A stretch of DNA of 64,000 nt, from positions 99,944,001 to 100,008,000 of the forward strand of contig OZ024743.1 in NCBI GenBank assembly GCA_964016885.1. Direction: 5' to 3'. The stretch's first letter is position 1; each line of letters opens with the position of its first letter. Both the position numbers and the translations under genes were made by a program. A model generated the notes under the pieces. It was not told the DNA's origin, made no database searches, and was given only the letters and a program-made list of their open reading frames with translations. This document shows, in pieces, positions 41,101 through 53,152 of the stretch. This stretch comes from Eledone cirrhosa (Eukaryota).

Positions 41101-44100
41101 TCTCACTTGTCTCATCCACACCAGTCATCTCACCTGTTTGATCCCCACCAGTCATCTCACCTCTCTGATCAACACCATCCATATCACCTGTCTGATCTCC
41201 ACCAGCCATCTCACCTGTCTGATCCCCACCAGTCATCTCACCTGTGTAATCTACATCAGCCATCTCACCTGTTTGATCCGCACCAGTCATCTCACCTGTC
41301 TGATCTCCAACAGCCATCTCACATTTCTGATCCCCACCAGCCCTCTCATCTGTCTAATCTACACCAGTCATCTCACCTGTCTGATCTCCAACAGCCATCT
41401 CACCTGTCTGATCTCCACCAGCCACCTCACCTGTCTGATCTCCAACAGCCATCTCACCTGTCTAATCTAAACCAGCCATCTCACCTGTTTAATCCCCACC
41501 TGTCATCTCACCTGTCTGATCCTCACCAGCCATCTCACCTGTCTGAATTTTACCAGCCATCTCACCTCTCTCATCCCACTAGCCATCTCACCTGTCTCAT
41601 CCCCACCAGCCATCGCACCTGTCTGATCCACACTAGTCATCTCACCCGTCTGATCTCAACCAGCCATCTCACCGGTCTGATCCCCACCAATGATCTTACC
41701 TGTCTAAGCTCCACCAGCCATCTCACCTGCCTGATCCCCACCAGTCATCTCACCTGTCTAAGCTCCACCAACCATTTCACCTGTCTGATCCCCACCAGCC
41801 ATCTAACCTGTCTGATCTTCATCAGCCATTTCCCCTGTCTCATCCCCACCAGTCATCTCACCTGTCTAAGCTCTACCAGCCATCTCAGCTGTCTGATCCC
41901 CACCAGTCATCTTACCTGTGTAATCCACACCAGCCATCTCACCTGTTTGATCCCCGCCAGTCATCTCACCTCTCTTATCACCACCAGCCATCTCACCTGT
42001 CTAATCTACACCAGCCATCTCACCTCTCTGATCTCCACCAGCCATATTCACCTTTCTGATCCCAACCAGCCATCTCACCTGTCTGATCCCCACCAGCCAT
42101 CTCACCTGTCTGATCCCCACCAGCCATCTCACTTGTCTGATCCCCACCAGCCATCTCACCTGTCTGATCCCCACCAGCCATCTCACCTGTCTGATCTCCA
42201 ACAGCCATCTCACATTTCTGATCCCCACCAGCCCTCTCATCTTTCTAATCTCCACCAGCCATCTCACCTGTCTGATCCCCGCCAGCCATCTCACCTGTCT
42301 GATCTCCAACAGCCATCTCACCTGTCTGATCCCCACCAGCCACCTCACCTATCTGATCTCCACCAGCCATCTCACCTGTCTAATCTACACCAGCCATCTC
42401 ACCTGTTTGATCCCCACCTGTCATCTCACCTATCTGATCCTCACCAGCCATCTCATCTGTCTGAATTCCACCAGCCATCTCACCTGTCTCATCCCACTAG
42501 CCATCTCACCTGTCTGACCCCCACCAGCCATCGCACCTGTCTGAACTCCACCAGCCATCTCACCTGTCTGATTCCCACCAGCCATCCCACCTGTCTGATC
42601 AACACCAGTCATCTCACCCGTCTGATCTCAACCAGCCATCTCACCTGCCTGATCCCCACCATTCATCTCACCTGTCTAAGCTCCACCAGCCATTTCACCT
42701 GTCTGATCCCCACCAGCCATCTAACCTGTCTGATCTTCATCAGCCATCTCACCTGTCTGATGTCCACCAGCCATCACACCTGTCTGATCCCCACCAGTCA
42801 TCTCACCTGTCTAAGCTCTACCAGCCATCTCAGCTGTCTGATCTCCACCAGCCATCTCACCTGACTGATGTCCACCAGCCATCACACCTGTCTGATCTCC
42901 ACCAGTCATCTCACCTGTCTGATCTCCACCAGTGATCTCACCTGTCTGCTCTCCACTAGCATCTCACCTGTCTGATCTCCACCAGTCATCTCACCTGACT
43001 GAACCCCACCAGCCATCTCACCTGTCTGATCTACACCAGCCATCTCACCTGTCTGATCTACACCAGTCATCTCACCTGTCTGATCCCCACCAATCATCTC
43101 ACCTGACTGATCTCCACCAGTCATCTCACCTGTCTGATCTCCACTAGCCATCTCACCTGTCTGATCCCCACCAGTCATCTCACCTGTCTGATTTCCAACA
43201 GCCATCACACCCTGTCTAATCTCCACCAGTCATCTCACCTGTCTGATCCCCACCAGCCATCTCACCTGTCTGATCTAGACCAGCCATCTCACCTGTCTGA
43301 ACCCCACCAGCCATCTCACCTGTCTGATCTCCACCAGCCATCTCACCTGTCTGAACCCCACCAGCCATCTCACCTGTCTGATCTCCACCAGTCATCTCAC
43401 CTGTCTGAACCCCACCAGCCATCTCACCTGTCTGATCTCCACCAGCCATCTCACCTGTCTGAACCCCACCAGCCATCTCACCTGTCTGATCTCCACCAGT
43501 CATCTCACCTGTCTGAACCCCACCAGCCATCTCACCTGTCTGAACCCCACCAGCCATCTCACCTGTCTGATCTCCACCAGCCATCTCACCTGTCTGAACC
43601 CCACCAGCCATCTCACCTGTCTGATCTCCACCAGTCATCTCACCAGTCTGGTCCCCACCAGCCATCTCACCTGTCTGATCTCCACCAGCCATCTCACCTG
43701 TCTGAACCCCACTAGCCATCTCACCTGTCTGATCTCCACCAGTCATCTCACCAGTCTGGTCCCCACCAGCCATCTCACCTGTCTCATCCCCACCAGCCAT
43801 CACACCCTGTCTAATCTCCACCAGTCATCTCACCTGTCTGATCTAGACCAGCCATCTCACCTGTCTGATTCTCACCAGTCATCTCACCTTTCTGATCTAA
43901 ACCAGCCATCTCACCTGTCTGATCCCCACCAGCCATCTCACCTGTCTGAACCCCACCAGCCATCTCACCTGTCTCATCTCCACCAGTCATCTCACCTTTC
44001 TGATCTAAACCAGCCATCTCACCTTTCTGATCCCCACCAGCCATCTCACCTGTCTGATCCTCACCAACCATCTCACCTGTCTCATCTCCACCAGTCATCT

Positions 44101-44803
44101 CACCTGTCTGAACCCCACCAGCCATCTCACCTGTCTCATCTCCACCAGTCATCTCACCTTTCTGATCTAAACCAGCCATCTCACCTTTCTGAACCCCACC
44201 AGCCATCTCACCTGTCTGATCCTCACCAACCATCTCACCTGTCTCATCTCCACCAGTCATCTCACCTGTCTGAACTCCACCAGTCATCTCACCTGTCTGA
44301 TCCCCACCAGTCATCTAACCTGTCTGATTCTCACCAGTCATCTCACCTGTCTGATCTCCACCAGTCATCTCACCTGTCTAATCTCCACCAGCCATCTCAC
44401 TTGTCTTATCTCCACCAGTCATCTCACCTGTCTGAACCCCACCAGCCATCTCACCTGTCTGATTCTCACCAGCCATCTCTCCTCTCTGATCTAAACCAGC
44501 CATCTCACCTATCTGATTTCCACCAGCCATCTCACCTGTCTGAACCTCACCTGCCATCTCACCAGTCTGATCCTCACCAACCATCTCACGTGTCTGTTCT
44601 CCACCAGCCATCACACCTGTCTGAACTCCACCAGCCATCTCACCTGTCAGTTTCCCACCAGCCATCTCACCTGTCTGATCCCCATCAGCCATCTCACCTG
44701 TCTGATCTACACCAGCCATCTCACCTGTCTGATCTCCACTAGCCATCTCACCTGTCTGATCTCCACCAGTCATCTCACCTGTCTGATCCCCACCAGCCAT
44801 CTC
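20128..44803. repeat. 27-bp satellite, about 910 copies (ccatctcacctgtctgatccccaccag), with multi-kb higher-order duplications
   Basis: 27-bp period with occasional 26- and 28-bp units; identical ORF translations recur at offsets 11013, 12698 and 1685. Confidence 0.98.
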
Positions 44804-45003
44804 CGCTGTTCTATATTGTATTCTCTATCCTCTATATTTTCCTTATTTATCAACATGTCACTCTTCCATATTCCTATGTTTAAATTGTTATTAATGAAAT
44901 GTGTGTCTGAATCATTTCTTCAATGACAAAGTTGTTTTACCCTTTTTATATCAAACTGCTTCATACCACCCCTTGTTCTGTGATACAAAACTATTTGTTT
45001 TAA

Positions 45004-45991
45004 CTCTTTAGTATTTACATTACTCTATATTTACTATTATATTTTCACAGTAAAGGCTTTACCTCACATAACATTTACATTACTCTATATTTACTATTAT
45101 ATTTTCACAGTAAAGGCTTTACCTCACATAACATTTACATTACTCTATATTTACTATTATATTTTCACAGTAAAGGCTTTACCTCACATAACATTTACAT
45201 TACTCTATATTTACTATTATATTTTCACAGTAAAGGCTTTACCTCACATAACATTTACATTACTCTATATTTACTATTATATTTTCACAGTAAAGGCTTT
45301 ACCTCACATAACATTTACATTACTCTATATTTACTATTATATTTTCACAGTAAAGGCTTTACCTCACATAACATTTACATTACTCTATATTTACTATTAT
45401 ATTTTCACAGTAAAGGCTGTACCTCACATAACATTTACATTACTCTATATTTACTATTATATTTTCACAGTAAAGGCTTTACCTCACTTCACATTTACAT
45501 TACTCTATATTTACTATTATATTTTCACAGTAAAGGCTTTACCTCACATAACATTTACATTACTCTATATTTACTATTATATTTTCACAGTAAAGGCTTT
45601 ACCTCACTTCACATTTACATTACTCTATATTTACTATTATATTTTCACAGTAAAGGCTTTACCTCACATCACATTTACATTACTCTATATTTACTATTAT
45701 ATTTTCACAGTAAAGGCTTTACCTCACATAACATTTACATTACTTTATATTTACTATTATATTTTCACAGTAAAGGCTTTACTTCACATAACATTTACAT
45801 TACTCTATATTTACTATTATATTTTCATGGTAAAGGCTTTACCTCACAAAATATCGAATCTATGAGATTCTGATATTAATTATTTTGAGAACAATACCTT
45901 AAGATCAGTATGAGTGGCCGGTTACAGCCGCTTTGAACAGAAAGAGGTGAAAGAATTCTGGCTGGATATGTTTTGTCTAAATGCTAAAGTG
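45004..45991. mobile_element. piggyBac-type MITE with an internal 60-bp tandem amplification
   Basis: TTAA at 45000-45003 and 45992-45995; degenerate TIRs ctctttagtattt / aaatgctaaagtg; colinear with 5807-6369. Confidence 0.85.
45012..45850. repeat. 60-bp tandem repeat, 14 copies
   Basis: catttacattactctatatttactattatattttcacagtaaaggctttacctcacataa repeated in register. Confidence 0.97.
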
Positions 45992-46869
45992 TTAAAGTGT
46001 TTATATTTATCTAAAAACTTTCTATCATTATTTTATATAAGAACTTTTATTAAGTTATACTTGAAACACCAGCTTAATAATGAGAAAGTCAGTTATTACT
46101 AAATCTCATCAAATTCTTGATTATTTTCAAAATTATTCGAAAATCACAGATATTGTTTATCACTAGAAATATAGCAATGAAAGGTTTAAGCCTCTTATAC
46201 TCATGATATTAAATGTTATCAGATCTTTTATTTCCTGATTCTCTTCCAGCTTGGTCAGAAATTTACCATTTATCTTGCTTCTTTATGTATTTTATGTTGT
46301 TATTTTATGTTGTTATTTTATCAATTTTCCCTCCTTCCAAACACTTGTTTCTTCTGAACTTATCTTCTGCTGCCCTATTCCACTACAATGATGGCATCAA
46401 CCAAGCTTCATTTCTGCTCTATTTTCAAAATTGGTCCATGTCCTTGAGTAGATCCCATAGAGGAATTCTCCATCTTTCTCTCTTTAAGTATGTGTTAGTA
46501 TTTGGAAGCTAGTCGGTCTCATAATGCTATATTTCAGCATTTTTCTCCATTACTTAACTAAAGTTTATCTTAACATTCATCTTCATATGGTTAACTAAGA
46601 ATATATATGTAAGTTGGAATAACATTGATATCATGTATATGGTTTGTGTTCAAGCTAATTTTTCCAATGCTTCTTAAGTCAACCAGTTGTTTACATTTCT
46701 AGCTAGATGCTTAACAATGACCAGAGACACCTTAGCATACTAGTTAATGCAACTGCTCTGCTTCCAAGAGATGTGAGGTTCAATTCCTTGCAGGTACCGC
46801 TTTCTTCATCTTTAGGAGTACTTTACTCGATTTTCTAAATGATTATGTTTCCTCAACTCATCGGGCAAC

Positions 46870-47000
46870 ATATTTTATGTTCTGAGTTCAAATCCCACTT
46901 TCATCATTATGGGGTTGATAAACACTAGTTAATCACTGGGGTCAATTGACATTTCCCTCCCTGAAAATTGTTGGGCTTGTGCCTAAATCAAAAACCATTC
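46870..47000 (+). mobile_element. SINE family 1, diverged copy
   Basis: ctgagttcaaatccc...ggggttgataaa...cttgtgcctaaat. Confidence 0.7.
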
Positions 47001-47065
47001 TTTGCATTGGAATGAATGCACTTCACATTTCTGTATATATATATATTTATATACATATATACAAA

Positions 47066-47122
<57 letters not shown>

Positions 47123-47124
<2 letters not shown>

Positions 47125-47316
47125 CGAAGGAAATGTGGTAAGGAACCAGGTGGACCATAACGCACCAAAGTACTCAATACTTAGGGTAGTAGAGTGGGTA
47201 ATAGAAACAAGTAAGACCCCGACGGCTGAGCTCAAGCCGTTTCGACGGCTAATTCAGTCCAGAATTAGCCGTCGAAACGGCTTGAGCTCAGCCGTCGGGG
47301 TCTTACTTGTTCCTAT
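47123..47316 (-). mobile_element. PLE-like 3'-end fragment in (TA)n ending in a hairpin with 55-bp arms (47201-47316); family A, copy 2
   Basis: Homologous to 1598-1759; right half reads stem II-GAAA-CGGCT(tgagctc)AGCCG-TC-GGGG. Confidence 0.7.
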
Positions 47317-47471
47317 ATATATATATATATATATATATGCAGAAGTTATATTTAATTTGTTGGGATTCAACAAGCTTAAAAGTTTTATAACAAATATAAA
47401 GCACTCAACAGTTTACTGGAGTAACTATTCAATATATTAATAAATGGAAACTATATTTATAAAACCATAAT

Positions 47472-47536
47472 TATTTTATTATTTATATTTCAAGCTCAAC
47501 CAAGGCAATTTTGGTGCGCTTTCATCAGATAAAATA
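47472..47536 (-). ncRNA. Minimal hammerhead ribozyme
   Basis: TATTTTAT-CTGATGA-AAGC..ACCAA/TTGGT..GCTT-GAAA-TATAAA-TA-ATAAAATA. Confidence 0.8.
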
Positions 47537-47652
47537 CAAAATATGTTTTATAAATGTTGACATACCCGTAGAAAAACAACCTTGACGGATAGACCTTCAA
47601 CCATCAAGGTTGTTTTTCTACGGGTATGTCAACATTTATAAAACATATTTTG

Positions 47653-47717
47653 TATTTTATCTAATGAAAGCGCACCAAAATTGCCTTGGTTTCCCTTGAA
47701 ATATATATAATAAAATA
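47653..47717 (+). ncRNA. Minimal hammerhead ribozyme, mirror copy with a G5-to-A core mutation
   Basis: TATTTTAT-CTAATGA-AAG...CTT-GAAA-TATATA-TA-ATAAAATA. Confidence 0.65.
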
Positions 47718-47759
47718 ATTATGGTTTTATAAATATAGTTTCTATTTATTAATATATTG

Positions 47760-48870
47760 TATAAAAGATGTAGTGGAATCACAGGTAAGCTAACTAAGAA
47801 TATAGATTTCATATGTGGCCGGTACTCTGGTGCAATAAGTAGCAGCAAATGCCCACAGAATACTAGCTCATTCCTTGCCCAGATGGTTCTATAGAAATAG
47901 TGGACACCTTCTGTTACCTGGGTGACAAAATCAGCAGTGGTGGAGGGTGCTCCGAAAGTACTGTAGCTAGAGTCCAAACGGGATGAAAAAAGTTCAGAGA
48001 GCTTATACCACTATTGGCCGCTAAAGGTATCTCTCTAAAAATAAAAGGCAGGCTGTATGATCCCTGCATACGAACAGCAATGTTACATGGCAGTGAGACA
48101 TGGGCCTTGTGTGCAGAGGATCTACGCAGACTGGAGAGGAAGCAAGCTTGCATGCTCCGTTGGATGTGTAATAGTAATATACGTGAACGACAAAGCATAA
48201 ATGAACTAAATGAGAAATTAGGAATAAGAGGGATCAGATGCTGTTTACTCGAGAGAAGACTATGATGGTATGGTCACGTGATGTGCATGAAAGACGACAG
48301 CTGTATAAAAAAGTACAGGGCGATAAAAATAGACGGTAGCCACGGAGTAGGCAGACCCAGAAAAACCTGGGACGACTTGATAAATTCCGACCTCACACAC
48401 TTACACATCTCCAAGACAATGTCACTGGACCGAGATCCTTGGTGCTACGTAGTAATACAGAAGACCCGCCTTGCCTAAGTACAAAGCGAAACCTACAGTC
48501 ATAGGCACCTCTTAACCAAAATACCCCCCCCCCGTCCCACTACTCCTACCCTCACCTCCATCTACACCACCCCTTTCGATTGTAAAGCTATGTTGGTACC
48601 ACAACATCCAGTCCTAAATAAATGAGGTCGTGTAGGTGTCACAACAAAAAAACACACAGTCCATGCTGTAATGTGGCCGTGTAGGTAACACAGTAAAAAC
48701 CTCCCAGTCCACACTGTAAATGTGGTTGGTGTTAGAAACGGCATCCAGCCGTAGAAAACCCGCCAGACAGTCCTGAGCAAGACAACCAATCTTGCTTCAA
48801 GTGGGACAATTCCCGTCCAGACCCATGATAGCATGGAAGATGGACGTTAAACGATGATGATGATGATGAT
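47760..48870 (+). mobile_element. 5'-truncated, decayed RTE-clade LINE (RT C-terminus, 3' UTR and (GAT)n tail)
   Basis: KRCSGITGKL..FICGR, IEIVDTFCYLGDKISSGGGCSES, KIKGRLYDPCIRTAMLHGSETW, GRPRKTWDD; in-frame stops and a frameshift; stop at 48478. Confidence 0.92.
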
Positions 48871-49043
48871 TGTATATATATATATATATATTTATACACA
48901 TATATACAAACTATATATACACATACATACATATATATATGCATACACATACAAACATATATATATATATACAGAGAGAGAGAGAGAGAGAGTGGGAAAG
49001 AGAGAGAAAGTAAAATAGTTAATACAAAGCATTATGGGACATG

Positions 49044-49353
49044 TAGTAAATTACCAATAATTTTTAAATGCTGGTACAATGTAGTAGAAAATACAAAGGA
49101 CAAATGATGATACATGAAAGTAAAGTAAAGTAATGATTTACCCAGTATATTTAAACATATTTCAGGGCTAAGGCCCTCTTTTCAGATGTGAAGCAGAAAC
49201 AGTTTCTGCTTCACATCTGAAAAGAGGGCCTTAGCCCTGAAATATCATGTTTAAATATACTGGGTAAATCATTACTTTACTTTACTTTCATGTACCATCA
49301 TTTGTCCTTTGTATTTTCTACCAGCTTTTAAAAGATTTATTGGTCATTTACTA
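49044..49353. repeat. Near-perfect palindrome centred at 49201 with a degenerate hammerhead-like motif (49213-49250 on +, mirrored on -)
   Basis: ...aagcagaaac a gtttctgctt...; ACAT-CTGAAAAGA-GGGC ctta GCCC-TGAAA-TATC-ATGT. Confidence 0.85.
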
Positions 49354-49517
49354 AACACACGCACACACACACACACATACACACACATGCACACACACAC
49401 ACACATATATATATATACATATATCATCATCATCAACATCAATGTTTAACATCCATTTTTCCACGCTAGCATGGGTTAGACGGTTGCCTATTGTGAGCAA
49501 TGCCAGGTCAGGTGACC

Positions 49518-49604
49518 ATGTCTTGCTCATACAGAACTGATTTTGGCTATATATATATATATTTATATATATATATATAGCCAAAATCAGTTCTGTATGA
49601 GCAA

Positions 49605-49609
<5 letters not shown>
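49518..49609. repeat. Palindrome with 30-bp unique arms centred on a (TA)n tract
   Basis: atgtcttgctcatacagaactgattttggc-(TA)n-gccaaaatcagttctgtatgagcaagacat. Confidence 0.95.
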
Positions 49610-49661
<52 letters not shown>

Positions 49662-49670
49662 ATATATATA

Positions 49671-52600
49671 TAGTTAGGGAAGCAGAAAATTGCTTATTGT
49701 GATCCAGTTCGTGGTTAAGAAAGCCAATTTCATGGATGGTTTCAACGTACGGTTAGGGGTAACTCCCCAAGTTTGTAAGAATTCCGTTCAATCTTGGAGT
49801 ATAAAGTATAAAAGAGAAAACACAGGTAAGCATTAAGAGAAGGATTTTATCCAGGTATTTACGACCGTTTCATTGGTAAGTGCAACCTTATATTGCTATA
49901 CTGCAAATAGCAGCCGCTCAATTATAATTGTTGTTCACGTCCAAATTTTCAAAATAGTGAGTAAGTTACTCTTGAAATAATTCTTAATATATAGAGAAAA
50001 ACATTTTTTTGGAACTGTATTTACTAGTATAGAGAGAGAGGAAGAGGAATTAGAACTACTATGGAAAAGCATTACATAGGTATGTCCCTAAAGAACATTC
50101 CTATACCTCTGAGAAAGGATTATACCCTCGGGATGATACAGCGAACAAACGACGTTATACGCCGAGTTAGATGGAAAACTTTCCATTTCGACAAAGGTCG
50201 TAATGGTCGCACCGTGAAATACAAGGAAACATACGGCTTCTAATCGTGTAAGAACCCACCTACCAACCCTCAACTGCATGCCTTTGAACAGGACTTACTG
50301 AAGATGATTATGAATATCAAATTCAAAAAGGGGAGGAATAATAAACTCAAGAATGACTTAAATACATTCCTAAAAAAAGCTGAGAACCACCAGTGGAATT
50401 ATTGTCAAAGCGGACAAAACCTCAAATGTGTATACGATGGATGTTAATACATACAATAAATAGCTTCATACGGAAGGAATTACATAGGAAATACAAAAAA
50501 ACTAATGAGGCGACACTGATAAACATCAACAACGAGGCACACAATATAGTCAAACACCTAGGAATAGACGACAGAACGGAGCCACTTAGGCCATGTACCC
50601 CCACCTTTAATCTCAAGGACCACAAGGTAAATTTTGATTATAACCCCACAATTAGACTTATATACCCGTCCAAATCGGACATCGGGAAAATTAGTAAACA
50701 TATATTAGACAGAGTGATAGCACAAATGAAGAATAAACTAGTGAGTAAACTATGAGGTAACGCTACCGAAACAATTAAGTGGTTTAACAATATAGCTAAC
50801 AAAAAAGTATCTAAATGTATACAATTTGACATTAACGACTATTACTCCTCTATATCCCTCAACACCTTGGATAAAGCCTTAGCATTCGCCAAAGCCAATT
50901 CTGACCTAACAGACGACGAGATAAAAATCATATTAACTGCTAGGAAAACAATAATTAAATTTGAAAACGCCTATTGGGAACGTAATGATAGATTAAATAA
51001 CTTTGACATCACGATGGGGGCTAACGATTCGGCTCAAGTCACAGATTTAGTAGGTATTTACATAGCAGATAGTTTACAGAGTGAGTTTAGCGACTTTCAC
51101 GGTGGAATCTACAGAGACGACCCCCTTCTTATAGTTAAGAACCTAAATAACCAGAGCATAGAAAGACTCCGTAAGAATATTAGAAAGACTCTCGGGAAAC
51201 TAGGCCTTAGCATAACGCATGAGTATAGCACTAAAACAGTTAACTTTCTAGACGCGACGCTTAATCTAAATACGGGACTTATAAGACCTTTTCACAAGAT
51301 TAATGAAAACTTAGCATACATCAACTGTAACTCAAACCACCCACTATCCATAATTAAATCCATTCCACACAGCATATCCCTTAGGATCTCCCGCCTCTCG
51401 TCTAACCGACAAATCTTCGAGGAACATGCAGAATACTACAATACCGCATTAGACAAGGCAGGCCACTTAGATAGAGTAGAATATATAGCTGAAAGCCTCC
51501 GCAAACCGCACACGAACACGCATAACACAAACTCCAGAAACACACGCACACACGCACTTACGCATAGAACTACAAAGTATACGGTAAATAGAAATACAAC
51601 ATCGAAATCAAACAAGTCACGCAGTAGAAAATATATTTGGTATAACCCCATATTAACACCTCTATTAGTACTAACCTACCATCTACCTTCTTTAGAATAA
51701 TAAATAAGCACTTTCCAGATTCACATAGATACAGCAAAATCCTTAACACTAAATCTATTAGACTATCTTACTCCACGGCACCAAATATAGAGGCACACAT
51801 TAAGATGCTTAACGCTAAAAAGATACATAACAACACCAGAACACAAATTTACAACAATAACAATACAATCACCATTGAACACAACAGAATATCTAATACA
51901 CAACCACCCACTAATAGGCAAACAAAACGTAACACACTTGTACAGGTATCGCAGCCCACCAATAATGCCAAAGTTGCCCATGACAAGAATTGTAACTGCC
52001 ACCTACCTGAAACCTGTCCATTATATAATGAATGTATGCAGTCTAACCTGGTTTACCAATGCACAGTGGAATCAGACAACCAGAAATGGTATTACATCGG
52101 AGCGACTGAGAATACATTTAAAGCCCGTTGGTATACACACCGTTACGCAATGAAACATTCCCAGCATCGTTATGTAACTACCCTTGCAAACAAGACCTGG
52201 CAACTGAGGGAAAGTAACCATCAATACACCCTGAAGTGGAAAAAATTATCGAACGCGCCCCCATATCGGAGTGGTATGAGAAGCTGTCGATTATGTGACC
52301 TTGAGCTGTCCACATTTTGAGTTCGAAGAATAAGTTACTCAACAATAAAATCGAAGATCAATTTATTGTAACCATCGACTCAAAGAAACGTTTTCGCACT
52401 ACAAGTGCAAATCGAACCCTTAACCTCTTACTACCAACTGACAAACTGCATATACTTAGACTTTATACCCTCTTATTGTATCTAAACCCTTTTAATTACC
52501 CACAAAAACCAATACCTATATCCCTCCCTTCTCCTTCATTCCTCTTCTATTTCTTCGTTTTCTTCCTTTTTCTTCGTTTTCTCCCCTTTTTGGCTATCTT

Positions 52601-53152
52601 TTTTTTCTTCTTTCTCCCCCCCTTCTTTGCTTTTATTTTTGTCATTATTATCTTTATCTTTATTTTTTATATATATATTTATCTCTTTATATCTCCCCCC
52701 CCCCCACTCACTCTCTCTCTCTCTCTCTCTCTCTATCCATCCCTCCCACTATGATCAATTTAATTCTCTTGAACTCACTACATTCCACGACATGAAGTCT
52801 ACATATCAAAACTGATCAAGGAATCCTTCCACCTCTACCCCTCCCTCCATCTCAGTTTGTCACTCTACTTCCTAACTCTTCTTCCCCTTCCTCTCTCTCT
52901 CTATACTATTCCGTTTGTCCCCTCACCTTCTAATTCCTCTTCCTCTCTCTCTCTATACTAGTAAATACAATTTTTAAAAAATGTTTTTCTCTATATATTA
53001 AGAACTATTTCAAGAGTAACTTACTCACTATTTTGAAAATTTGGACTGCTATTTGCAGTATAGCAATATAAGGTTGCACTTACCAATGAATGAAACGGTC
53101 GTAAATACCTGGATAAAATCCTTCACTTAAAGCTTACCTGTTTTCTCTTTTA

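Larger units (their letters stand above)
47339..47759. mobile_element. Fold-back PLE-like fragment, arms 47430-47588 and 47601-47759
   Basis: Inverted arms of about 159 bp with a 12-bp spacer; a hammerhead motif in each arm; abuts (TA)n on the left. Confidence 0.8.

Noticed and set aside
20131-44800. Long repetitive ORFs (LIPTSHLTC, HQPSHLSDP, GGDQTGEMA) as a giant repeat protein
   Set aside because: The 27-bp unit is a multiple of 3, so several frames stay open by default; 26- and 28-bp units shift frame repeatedly, and there is no unique N- or C-terminal domain
20128-44803. Chi sequence GCTGGTGG on the minus strand of many monomers
   Set aside because: Chi is specific to bacterial RecBCD and there is no evidence of relevance here
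50753-50755. In-frame TGA in the Naiad ORF as selenocysteine
   Set aside because: It falls at a position that is normally Trp rather than Cys, the copy has other disabling mutations, and I could not fold a SECIS in the 3' UTR
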